From Thermoplasmatota archaeon (GTDB lineage: Archaea > Thermoplasmatota > Thermoplasmata > Lutacidiplasmatales > JAMCUS01): a DNA stretch of 64,000 nucleotides. Positions within the stretch are counted from its first letter, which is position 1. The number at the start of each line of letters is the position of its first letter. The notes under the pieces are model-generated. The model searched no databases. It saw only the letters and a program-made list of their open reading frames with translations, and had not been told where the DNA came from. A program made the translations under genes and the position numbers. The stretch is taken from contig JAMCUS010000022.1 of the NCBI GenBank assembly GCA_023379385.1, positions 6,813 through 70,812 of the forward strand, given 5' to 3'. Below are positions 33,263-42,539 of this stretch, in pieces.

Positions 33263-33570
33263 TGCAATGCCGTGTTTTACAGCAATTTATCGATTGTTAA
33301 CGGTGAGAAGGAAGCTGTAAAACCTCTATGGTTTAACGAGGAGAGGATTTCACGAAAGATATAGTCATTACAGAACATATAGAAAAATTTTCTTTTTCTA
33401 GTTTTTTATATAAAAAGATCGGTCCGATATTTTTTGAAAAAAAGGATCGTTACAGGATTTCTGTCTCGGATATTGTTAACCCGATCTACGGATTTTATAA
33501 TCATGTTATTGGAGATGCTATTAATAATAAAAATTCTGATGATATAAAATCAGGAATCTACATACATAAA

Positions 33571-34635
33571 ATGGCGGAAAGTAGATTGCCTTTAAAAGAG
33601 GTTGTTGTCATTAAAGAGGGCATTAAGGGAATTATGGACGGTTTTGAAGAATGCCCTGTTGAATTTAAAACCACAAATAGTAACATATCAGATCTTAGAA
33701 AAGAAAGAATGGAATACCTGGAACAGTTGGCTATATACTCATCCATAACAGATTCTGCATCAGGAAAACTTGTAATATTCAATAGAAAAACAGGAACCAG
33801 TAATGCATATCTTATAAAATTCAGAGATCTTGCTGGAATATGGAAAGAGGTTTTGGATCGTAAATCAGCACTTTTACATGCGCTGGAATATAACGATCCC
33901 ACTGCCCTGCCAATATGCAGATTTCAGGGGAAAGGGTTCTGTAGCTACCGTGATATATGCAATTGCAATAAAGGAGGTAAAGAACTTGGCAGCATGGATG
34001 CCTTTGTTGAATCTATTGAACCTATTGAGTGGTATGATAAGAAAGAGCCAATTATAACCGTTTCTTCATATGGAATTCTTTTTCCTCTTAAATGGTTCTA
34101 TGATCAAAGGGCAATCATAGACGCAAAAAATAAAATAGGTGACATGCAGAATATTGTGCATAACGACATAAATACAGCGAACTCGCCTGAGTATTCCATT
34201 AAAAATGATATATCTTATAGTGATATTGGTGGTTTTAGACAGATAAATAATCACAATATAAATCTATCCATACATACCATTTTTGATAATCCAGTAGAAG
34301 TCAAAATGGTGGATGACATCAACAATATATATAATATAATGAATAAATCACTTTATAAAATATTGCTTTTAATTATCAAAGCAGCATATTCAGGAAAGAA
34401 TAGTGGGTATCTTATAGCTGCCAAAGGCAATGATAACAGTATATCAAATTATGCAGTGATAGAACTGAATTTTAAAAATATGAATGTATTTAAAGAGAAT
34501 ATAGAGTGCTATGTAAATGACCTTGTAAAAGGTGTTATGGATAACAACCCTGATAACTTTTCACTGTGTCCAACGTGGCTGTGCAAGGAATGCGTTTATA
34601 AAAAGATGTGTAAAGCCCACATTAATAAAAGATAA
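33571..34635 (+). CDS. tandem Cas4-like PD-(D/E)xK nuclease-fold protein (annotated start probably not the ancestral one)
   Basis: Module 1: IMDGF..PVEFK, LEQLAIY (QxxxY), Cys cluster CRFQGKGFCSYRDICNC. Module 2: ITVSSYG.., IFDNPVEVK, CPTWLCKECVYKKMC. The frame is open upstream to 33337 and encodes the missing module-1 N-terminus. See findings. Confidence 0.6.
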   Translation: MAESRLPLKEVVVIKEGIKGIMDGFEECPVEFKTTNSNISDLRKERMEYLEQLAIYSSITDSASGKLVIFNRKTGTSNAYLIKFRDLAGIWKEVLDRKSALLHALEYNDPTALPICRFQGKGFCSYRDICNCNKGGKELGSMDAFVESIEPIEWYDKKEPIITVSSYGILFPLKWFYDQRAIIDAKNKIGDMQNIVHNDINTANSPEYSIKNDISYSDIGGFRQINNHNINLSIHTIFDNPVEVKMVDDINNIYNIMNKSLYKILLLIIKAAYSGKNSGYLIAAKGNDNSISNYAVIELNFKNMNVFKENIECYVNDLVKGVMDNNPDNFSLCPTWLCKECVYKKMCKAHINKR

Positions 34636-34675
34636 TTTATAACAAAATTTTTTATAATAAAAAATCATTGAAGGG

Positions 34676-35356
34676 TTGATGAAGGTAGTGGAGGTCGTAG
34701 TTTCCTGGAGTGGTGGAAAGGATAGTGCTTTGGCGCTTTATAATATTAAGCAATCTTCAGAGTATAAGGTTATTTCGCTTCTTACTACGGTTACTTTTGA
34801 GTTTCATAGAGTGACTATGCATGGTGTGGAAATTTCGCTTTTAAATAAGCAGGTAGAGAGCATAGGTATACCATTGAATATTGTTTATATTCCTCAAAAA
34901 TGTAGTATGAAGATGTATGAAAATATCATGGCTAAAGAGATGGATTTATACAGGCAGGATGGTATAGAATATGTAGTTTTTGGCGATATTTTTCTTGAAG
35001 ATGTTAGAAATTACAGAGATAAAAACCTTAAAAATATCAATATGAATGGAATCTATCCCTTATGGCATAAAAATAGTCATGATCTTGCATTAGCCTTTAT
35101 AAAAAGCGGTTTTAAGGCAATAGTGGTAACAGTAGATAGTAAAAAATTGAATAAATCATATGCGGGTAAAGAATACGACGAAGATTTTATAAAAAATCTG
35201 CCTGAAAATGTGGACCCCTGCGGTGAAAATGGTGAATTTCATACTTTTGTATATGACGGTCCAATTTTTGAACATCCTGTTATTTTTATAAAGAAAAACA
35301 CACTGTTTAGAGATGGTTTTTATTATACAAATATAACCTGTACCAACCTTGTATAA
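34676..35356 (+). CDS. PP-loop ATP pyrophosphatase, Dph6/MJ0570-related (second paralogue)
   Basis: SWSGGKDS PP-loop and GENGEFHTFVYDGP motif. 226 aa. Confidence 0.8.
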   Translation: MMKVVEVVVSWSGGKDSALALYNIKQSSEYKVISLLTTVTFEFHRVTMHGVEISLLNKQVESIGIPLNIVYIPQKCSMKMYENIMAKEMDLYRQDGIEYVVFGDIFLEDVRNYRDKNLKNINMNGIYPLWHKNSHDLALAFIKSGFKAIVVTVDSKKLNKSYAGKEYDEDFIKNLPENVDPCGENGEFHTFVYDGPIFEHPVIFIKKNTLFRDGFYYTNITCTNLV

Positions 35357-35758
35357 AAAATAAATATTAAAATACTCTGTTGAATAAATGCCAGATTTGA
35401 TTAACAGAGCCTTATACAAATTATAAATATTTATCCAGTATAAACGGGTAAGATTTGAATAAAATTAAAAGGTATTATGCCATATTTATTCAACACAGCA
35501 CTATTAATATTACAATAGTTTTGCATATATATGTAAAAATAAAAATGCCATTTCTATTTATTTATTAATAACCAGATATTGATTTTAAATATTATAAAAT
35601 ATTAAAGATTATTTAATATTTAATATTCTGTAATTCTATGCTATCCATTGAATCCAGAGGTCAATAAATATTTTTATACAATTAAATGAATGCAAAACTA
35701 TTGAATATTATTTATTTTACAACAAAAAACTATATTAATCAGATTAGACAACTATATA

Positions 35759-36058
35759 ATGGAGATGGGATGGATGAAAAGTTCATGGAGTTTGAAAGAT
35801 ATTGTAAAAGAGGTAACGGGTAATTCTATAGATTTTTATCAGTTAAGTGATAAAGAAGATAAGGATAGTGCAGCATATAGCGATTCAACTAACATTAATC
35901 ATTCAGAAAATACAGAGATAACGAAAATGGTTACTGAACAGGACATAACAATGCATCTACAATATTTAATAGATCATCTTGATTTATTGAATAATAATAC
36001 GCTGTTATGCCTTGAAGGGATAATAAAAAGAGAGCTGAAGGAGAGAACAGATGCATAA
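35759..36058 (+). CDS. hypothetical acidic protein
   Basis: 99-aa ORF following a ~400-bp very AT-rich spacer. No family recognised. Confidence 0.4.
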   Translation: MEMGWMKSSWSLKDIVKEVTGNSIDFYQLSDKEDKDSAAYSDSTNINHSENTEITKMVTEQDITMHLQYLIDHLDLLNNNTLLCLEGIIKRELKERTDA

Positions 36059-36138
36059 ATATAGTTTTATAAATTTTTAACCATTAAATATATGTACAAA
36101 GAAAAAATATATTATCTTAAAGATTCATACTATTCATA

Positions 36139-37119
36139 ATGTCAAATAAAAAAAATGCAGAAATTGCTATAGACAAAAATGAATTCGTGATAGCTGATAC
36201 AGGATCTTTCAGGCCCTCCATGGCTTCACTGGAACTTTCTTATTTTCTTCTCATATTATCAATAATTATTATGATCTTTATGGCAACTACAACATTCTAT
36301 AGTGTATTCAGTTTCATACCCAAGCTATATGTACCATATATTATGTTTATCTTCATTGCAATTTTATCCTATACTGCATATTTTCTTTCTATAGAAAGTT
36401 TTTATGCACATAAAAACATCGGAATATTTATCTCAATATGGGCATCCATTTTCGGTGTTCTTCAGGCATTATTTATATTTATATTTGTATATGCACCTAT
36501 TAAAAGCATGTTTCCAGTGCCGTGGTGGGCAGCTGTTCTTCCATACTACCACATACCGGTTACTGTAGAAGAACTGGCTTTCTCTTTTGTATTGATTGTA
36601 TTAAGCAGTGTTGTATATAGATTTATATTTATTGTTACACCCTCAAGTAGAATTCCCATTACTGCAACTTCAATCGTATTGTTATTTTTATCACTATTTA
36701 TAGTACTACCAGGAGGCATAAATTTAATATTAAGTATAACAAAATATTTTTTTATGTTATTTATGCTGGGAACGATTATTTATGTTATTACACTTTTCTA
36801 CTTTTTATGGTTAAATGAGGAAGACAGAATAATTGTAACGAATAAAAGGATTATACACATAATAAGCTCAACTATTTTCAAAATAAATCATATACCTTAT
36901 GATCTTATTTTGAATGCCTCCATAAAAGCGGATCTTGTTCAGGGCAATAAAGGATATGGAAACGTATCTCTTTTGATTACCGTTATAAAGCAAAATTCTA
37001 CAGAGAGGAATATTATAAAAAACTCAGTTAAACTCATTGGAGTTCCAGATCCATTCACATTTGCTGATACGGTATTATATTTTTCTAGACGTAAACCAGA
37101 GATTGGTAATGTAAAGTGA
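36139..37119 (+). CDS. membrane protein with C-terminal bacterial-PH (YdbS/YdbT-like) domain
   Basis: 326 aa with about 7 TM helices. The segment EEDRIIVTNKRIIHI... resembles bPH_2 domains. Confidence 0.55.
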   Translation: MSNKKNAEIAIDKNEFVIADTGSFRPSMASLELSYFLLILSIIIMIFMATTTFYSVFSFIPKLYVPYIMFIFIAILSYTAYFLSIESFYAHKNIGIFISIWASIFGVLQALFIFIFVYAPIKSMFPVPWWAAVLPYYHIPVTVEELAFSFVLIVLSSVVYRFIFIVTPSSRIPITATSIVLLFLSLFIVLPGGINLILSITKYFFMLFMLGTIIYVITLFYFLWLNEEDRIIVTNKRIIHIISSTIFKINHIPYDLILNASIKADLVQGNKGYGNVSLLITVIKQNSTERNIIKNSVKLIGVPDPFTFADTVLYFSRRKPEIGNVK

Positions 37120-37126
37120 ACTGTGC

Positions 37127-37759
37127 ATGACAAAAAATAATTTTTTTTTAATAATAGAGGGAATTGATGGAGCAGGGAAGAGCACTGTTGCTAAATATAT
37201 TTATAAAGAGCTATCCAGTAAAATTAAAATAAATATAACCGCAGAACCAACCAGTGGAGATGTTGGAAAGTTAGTGGAAGATATTTCATACGAAAGAAAT
37301 AATAACGGAATGTTACTTACCTTGTTGTACACCGCTGATAGAATCATTCATTCCAAAGATATAAATGATCTTATTGAACGTGGTGAATCAGTTATCTGTG
37401 ACAGGTATATGTACTCTACAGTGGCATATCAGGCAGTTCAACTTTATGACATGAAAATTTTTGATAGAACAGATAATGCGTTGCAATGGCTATTGAATCT
37501 CCAGAAAATGTCTGTAAGCTATATTCCTGATATAAAGATATATATAGATATAACACCAGAAATAGCCATTTCCAGAATAAGTTCCAAAAGCAAAATACAT
37601 CCATTTGAGAAAAAGCAATTTTTAGATAGGGTAAGAAATAATTATTTATCTATTATGGATATAGAAAAAAACTGGATTGTTGTCAATGGTTCTGAACCAT
37701 ATGACAAAACAGGCAATTACATAATTAATACTCTGAAAAATAAAAATTTTATAACATAA
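37127..37759 (+). CDS. tmk: thymidylate kinase
   Basis: P-loop IEGIDGAGKST, DRY motif (CDRYMYSTVAYQ). 210 aa. Confidence 0.85.
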   Translation: MTKNNFFLIIEGIDGAGKSTVAKYIYKELSSKIKINITAEPTSGDVGKLVEDISYERNNNGMLLTLLYTADRIIHSKDINDLIERGESVICDRYMYSTVAYQAVQLYDMKIFDRTDNALQWLLNLQKMSVSYIPDIKIYIDITPEIAISRISSKSKIHPFEKKQFLDRVRNNYLSIMDIEKNWIVVNGSEPYDKTGNYIINTLKNKNFIT

Positions 37760-37771
37760 CTACAAACAATT

Positions 37772-38200
37772 TTATTGTTTACTTGCCATAACCTTAAGTG
37801 TAATCCTTTTGCTATTTCTATCATATGCTATCCAGCTATTTTCATTATAGGGATATGCAATTATTATATGGCAATATCCAAAATTACTGAATAAAGAGGA
37901 ATCTGCATCTGATGGTATAGGGTAGGGAGATGGATGGCTATGCACTGTGCCTACTACATTTCTGTCTGCATGAAGCATGTAAAATCTGAATTCCGCATGT
38001 CTGTTACCAGATATTGTGCCTGGAAGCATAAGAAGTTCATCAATAACACCATCCCTGTTTTTTCTTAATACAGCTCCAAATTCATTTGGATACGTGGATT
38101 TACTGGCCTTTATTATAGAATCAAGTAATCGCTCACTGATTCCTAATGCACCTTTAACGTGCTCTTTTTTTTTTAAGGGCATTGGTCTGAACATTCCCAT
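37772..38200 (-). CDS. JAB1/MPN/Mov34 (JAMM) metalloprotease
   Basis: JAMM motif HSHPSPYPIPSDADSS (HxHx7Sx2D) and an upstream Glu. 142 aa. Confidence 0.8.
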   Translation of the reverse strand: MGMFRPMPLKKKEHVKGALGISERLLDSIIKASKSTYPNEFGAVLRKNRDGVIDELLMLPGTISGNRHAEFRFYMLHADRNVVGTVHSHPSPYPIPSDADSSLFSNFGYCHIIIAYPYNENSWIAYDRNSKRITLKVMASKQ

Positions 38201-39027
38201 TACATGATCACCGAATATAACAATAACTTTTCAGACACAGCTCTGAAAAATTGAGTATGAATTCTTATGAATTTTGCTGTTTTTTCTGATCTTTTGGCTT
38301 TTACAACGGACAGAGGCTCTATATTTACGGAAATCTGCCCGTCTAACACAAGATCTGATCGTTTTATATTATCAATAATTTCAATATCAACTACATTATC
38401 ACTGTTTATAACAAGTGGATGAGATGGTGTCCTGAATGGATTCAGAGGTACAATTACCATTGTGTTCAAAGTAGGATCAACTATAGGACCACCTGCACTC
38501 ATAGAATAACATGTGGACCCTGTGGAGGTGGATATTATTATACCATCCCCTTTTACCATTGCAACAGGTTCATTATTTATTTTAATTTTATATTTCCTTA
38601 TTTTGGCAACATCAGAGGTATGTACAACCAGTTCATTCACCACATTTCCTACAAATTTATTATTTAGATACACGTCGATCTTCATTCTTTCATCAATTAT
38701 ATAATTACCCTCCAATATAATATTCAAAATTTTATATATATCTATTTCGTTGGATGATACCTCAGAAAGAAATCCAACATCTCCTGCGTTGATTGCAAAT
38801 ACAGGTAGTTCAGAAAGCATCAATGTTCGTAGTATGGTTCCATCACCACCTATAGAAATAATGAAGTCAACGTCCATTTTATCTAAATCTGCGTATGGAA
38901 TGTCAAAATGTTCTCTTTTATTGGTTTCAATAAATAGCTCACATTTGTTTTTTAAGAACTCAATAACCCAGGAAGCTATTTTTCTAGAAATAAGATTTTC
39001 TGGATTATATGTTATGCCAACCTTCAT
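38200..39027 (-). CDS. nadK: NAD kinase
   Basis: GGDGTILR, NELVV and STSTGSTCYSMSAGGPIV motifs. 275 aa. Confidence 0.9.
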   Translation of the reverse strand: MKVGITYNPENLISRKIASWVIEFLKNKCELFIETNKREHFDIPYADLDKMDVDFIISIGGDGTILRTLMLSELPVFAINAGDVGFLSEVSSNEIDIYKILNIILEGNYIIDERMKIDVYLNNKFVGNVVNELVVHTSDVAKIRKYKIKINNEPVAMVKGDGIIISTSTGSTCYSMSAGGPIVDPTLNTMVIVPLNPFRTPSHPLVINSDNVVDIEIIDNIKRSDLVLDGQISVNIEPLSVVKAKRSEKTAKFIRIHTQFFRAVSEKLLLYSVIM

Positions 39028-39836
39028 AGTCCAAACACCTCATGAAGTGCTTTGGTATCTCCAACAGCAATAATTGGTTTTCTTATGTCAAGAGAAAATG
39101 GCATGTTGAGAATATTACCTTCGACATCAAACAACATACCTCCTGCCTCTCTTAATATAAGAGAGGCTGCTGCAATATCAATAACTCTTATATTTGTTTT
39201 TTGATTGACATTATTCATATAGAATAGATCACCATAACCAGCCGCTAAAGAACATATCTCTAAAGCGGATGAACCCAGGGCCCTTACCTTACCTCCATTC
39301 TGTATTGCTTTCAGTACAGATGGAGATTGATACTTTCCCGCATATATGTATATCAAATAATTTTCTCTATTAAATTTTCTGGTAAATATCTGATTGCCAT
39401 TATAGAAGGCACCTTCTCCTTTGACAGAATAAAAATCTCAAGCAAGGATATGGTTTCTAACAACCCCTTTTTCAATACCCAGTAAATCATCTTTACCTAC
39501 GGCTATGGAGGTTGAATAAAATGGTATATCTGATAAAGCATTTGTAGTACCATCTATTGGGTCTATAATCACATAATAATCATCTTTACCTTCAATGGTA
39601 CCTGCTTCTTCACTCAGTATAGTTGGACTTTCAGATAATCTTTCAAGCTCTTTCAATATTACCTTCTCTGCGATGCTATCAACCAGATGGGTAGGCGTGC
39701 CGCTAGCACCCATACCTGTAACACTATTAATATCAATTTTATTGTCTCGCATGACTTTTTTTATTTTCGTGGAAACCTTTGTAGATATGTCTAGAATGTC
39801 ACTTAATTTTAACATATCTGATAAAACCAGATACAC
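39024..39836 (-). pseudogene. suhB: inositol-monophosphatase/NADP-phosphatase (SuhB) family gene interrupted by one in-frame TGA
   Basis: ORFs 39438-39836 (DPIDGTTN motif) and 39024-39356 are in the same frame. The spacer encodes DFYSVKGEGAFYNGNQI, the conserved IMPase segment. The only interruption is TGA at 39438-39440. 4-nt overlap with nadK. Confidence 0.75.
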
Positions 39837-40199
39837 CTATTTAAACTTGAGTTTTGCAAAAATTAAAATATAAAAATGTAATTATTGTTCTTACAATGCC
39901 ATAGGGATTGTGTAGTAATAACACATCTAGATCAGATGTTCAAAGTGTTACTGTCAGGCGGTATTACATACTTCCATTTTGGATGTAATGAGTATGGTTT
40001 CAGACGTAACTTTAATCATATCCTTGCTTGAGATTTTTATTCTAGCAGGATATTCATTACTATCCTTACGTACAGCCACTTTAAGTCCATTCTCTGTTTT
40101 AGTGAAACCTATAAGCTTAATGACTGTCTCATAACTGACGAGCGGTTTTCCATTTCAGTTCATGCTGATGAAGGAAAACATACGATGCTCTATGATCTG

Positions 40200-40313
40200 C
40201 CCTTGCCCTAACCAGATGCCAAAAATGGTGTATTTTAGTCCTAAAAAACATTTTTTGGGCGTGATTTTTTGAAGATTTTGTTAAATTATCCTGTTCTTCT
40301 TGCAGCCTGTCAG
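40200..40313 (+). repeat. MITE family copy A
   Basis: Shares the core CCAAAAATGGTGTATTTTAGTCCTAAAAAACATTTTTTGGGCGTGATTTTTTGAAGATTTTGTTAAATTATCC...GCAGCCTGTCAG with copies C and D. The left end is poorly conserved. Confidence 0.55.
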
Positions 40314-40332
40314 ACAAATATTTAAACAATCC

Positions 40333-40656
40333 TTATTTCATATTTAATAACATTTCTACAAACGATACATATTTGGTATTAATTGAATAATAGGTGTATT
40401 TCCATACCTCCCGTTTCTTAAGTATGCCTGCGTAATATAATTTATGCAGGTGACTTGTTATGGTTGGTTGTGCATATTTTAATGCGGTTTCCAGTTCACA
40501 AGTACATAGTTCACCATGCTTGAGTAACAGATACAGTATAGCTAATCTGACATTATTAGATAGAGAACATAGAATTAACTCTATATTCTCAAATACAGTG
40601 GGTTCTATTTTATCCAGTTTTTTTATAATACATACTTCTTCTTTCATTAACATCAC
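40333..40656 (-). CDS. arsR: ArsR/SmtB family metalloregulator
   Basis: 107 aa. ELCTCELE metal-site motif ahead of the HTH (QPTITSHLHKL). Adjacent to ACR3. Confidence 0.8.
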   Translation of the reverse strand: MMLMKEEVCIIKKLDKIEPTVFENIELILCSLSNNVRLAILYLLLKHGELCTCELETALKYAQPTITSHLHKLYYAGILKKREVWKYTYYSINTKYVSFVEMLLNMK

Positions 40657-40672
40657 ATTTACAATTACATAT

Positions 40673-41725
40673 TTATTTATTTTTCTGATTTATTTTTATT
40701 TTTTTTCTGCGATGTAGCTGAACATAGATAAGCAGGATCATCAACGGAATTTCCAGTAAAGGACCTATTGCAGTAACAATAGGTATGAACTGGTACATGG
40801 AAAAGGCAGATATAGCCACAGCAATACTCAGTTCAAAATTTCTTGCTGCAACTGTATAACCTATAGCTGTTGAATTTTCATAACTGTATTTCAATTTCCT
40901 GCTGACATAATACCCTATATGAAAAAGAAGGAAATAAAAGGTTAACATGATCAAACCTACAATGAGTATGAGATCTGGATACGATACGATTCCATATCCT
41001 TCAGTCCAGAACATTACAACTATTGTAAATAATAGAGATATTATCTGTATATCATTAAGTTTATTGACAAGTTTTGAAAAATATCTTTTTCTATGAAAAA
41101 ATTTTCTGGTTAAGACCCCAGCTAAGAGTGGTAGTGCTAGATATAAAATCACACTTTCTGCTATAAGAAGTGGAGAGATTACAACAGAGGTTCTCGCTAA
41201 AACGTATACAAAAATAGGCATAGTTATTATCTGTAGTATGGATGTCCATGCAACAAAAGATACACCCATAGCAACATTTCCCTTTGATAATGCAATCCAT
41301 ACTATAACCATTGCTATACAGGGAGCTACTCCAAGAAGAACAATGCCCACAAAAACCTCTTTAGCAACAGTATAACTGAGAAATCCAGATGGGTAAAATA
41401 TATAGAATATATAAAAATACCCGATACCAGCTACAAGAAATGGATCTATAACAAAATTCAGAAATAACATCAAAGAGACCGTTTTTATATCTTTTAAATC
41501 ACGTGCTAGGTCCTCTATTTTAATTTTTGTCATAGGTGGATATATCATAAAAAATAATCCTATCGGGATTCCATAATAACCTATAATTGTTCCATACGAC
41601 CTGAAATCTATCCCTAGTTCTAATCCAACAATTATGGATATAAATACAAGAACTGGAAAGATTAATGTCCTAACACCAAGTTTTATACCTGAATCATCAC
41701 TCATCCAAACCACATAAGATAACAT
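40673..41725 (-). CDS. acr3: ACR3-family arsenite efflux permease
   Basis: 350 aa with about 10 TM helices. Conserved GVAPCIAMV segment with the ACR3 Cys. Confidence 0.8.
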   Translation of the reverse strand: MLSYVVWMSDDSGIKLGVRTLIFPVLVFISIIVGLELGIDFRSYGTIIGYYGIPIGLFFMIYPPMTKIKIEDLARDLKDIKTVSLMLFLNFVIDPFLVAGIGYFYIFYIFYPSGFLSYTVAKEVFVGIVLLGVAPCIAMVIVWIALSKGNVAMGVSFVAWTSILQIITMPIFVYVLARTSVVISPLLIAESVILYLALPLLAGVLTRKFFHRKRYFSKLVNKLNDIQIISLLFTIVVMFWTEGYGIVSYPDLILIVGLIMLTFYFLLFHIGYYVSRKLKYSYENSTAIGYTVAARNFELSIAVAISAFSMYQFIPIVTAIGPLLEIPLMILLIYVQLHRRKKIKINQKNK

Positions 41726-41852
41726 TACATAATCATATTTAAATTTAACTATTTGATGTAATCACTTAAAATATATAAAAATATTTATTAAAAGTATAAT
41801 ATTGCCAAATATTGTAAAAACAGGTTTTATGCCGACATACAGTTTATCAATT

Positions 41853-42365
41853 TCAATCACTTCTGCAAAGTTTTAAAAATTCAGGCATAAACTCTGCCAA
41901 CTGAAAATGTGTTTTTGCAGATGTTATAAATTCAGAACTTTTTACTACGGAAGAGTCCTCAAAAATGGCGCCTTCCATCTCTATTTCATTCTTTATTGAT
42001 GGATGGCCCGTTACATGCTTTCCTTTTAGTAATCCTGCCTTTGATAACAATAACGGTGAATGACATATTGTAACCATATGTGTCTTATTTTTGGACAGAT
42101 CATGTATTATGTCTATCGTAGCCTCTTTTTTTAGCAGGTTGATAGGCGATTTAGCACCTGGAAAATAAATTAAACCATAGTCAGAAACATCCTGTGAAAG
42201 GAGACGTGTTGGAGTAATTGAATCAATTCCAAACTGTCCCTTATATTCTCTGTTATTCCATGCTAAAATATCAAAATCTATATTTTCCTCTTTTAGCCTG
42301 TAGTATGGTATCCATAGCTCTAAATCATGAAAACCATCATCAAGCATTATTCCTATTTTCTTCAT
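41853..42365 (-). CDS. DJ-1/PfpI family protein
   Basis: 170 aa. Nucleophile-elbow Cys in TICHSPLLL. Confidence 0.8.
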   Translation of the reverse strand: MKKIGIMLDDGFHDLELWIPYYRLKEENIDFDILAWNNREYKGQFGIDSITPTRLLSQDVSDYGLIYFPGAKSPINLLKKEATIDIIHDLSKNKTHMVTICHSPLLLSKAGLLKGKHVTGHPSIKNEIEMEGAIFEDSSVVKSSEFITSAKTHFQLAEFMPEFLKLCRSD

Positions 42366-42539
42366 GAATAGTAATACAAATAGACGTATTTAAATTTAAC
42401 TATATGAAGAATTGCGTAAAATAAATGCAACGGTATCACACAATTTCATTTAAAATTTATTTATTCTGGATGAACAGAAACAGATCACATCATATTCATG
42501 CATTCAATGGCTATTTACTCAAAATATTTACGTGTAGGC

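Noticed and set aside
35357-35758. About 400-bp extremely AT-rich spacer, considered as a replication origin.
   Set aside because: No repeated ORB-like boxes were identified by eye and there is no orc1/cdc6 gene nearby. It is more simply a long promoter or spacer region.
39960-40137. Start-less minus-strand frame encoding ...SYETVIKLIGFTKTENGLKVAVRKDSNEYPARIKISSKDMIKVTSETILITSKMEVCNTA, possibly the 3' remnant of a gene truncated by MITE copy A.
   Set aside because: There is no start codon and no recognisable family, and the upstream part is replaced by repeat sequence. The evidence is too weak to call a pseudogene.
40129-40329. 66-aa ORF (and similarly 51531-51716 (+) and parts of 57744-57940).
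   Set aside because: These are translations of MITE copies. The similar peptide strings (..FFRTKIHHFW.., ..MVYFSLKNIFGR..) arise from the repeat, not from a gene family.
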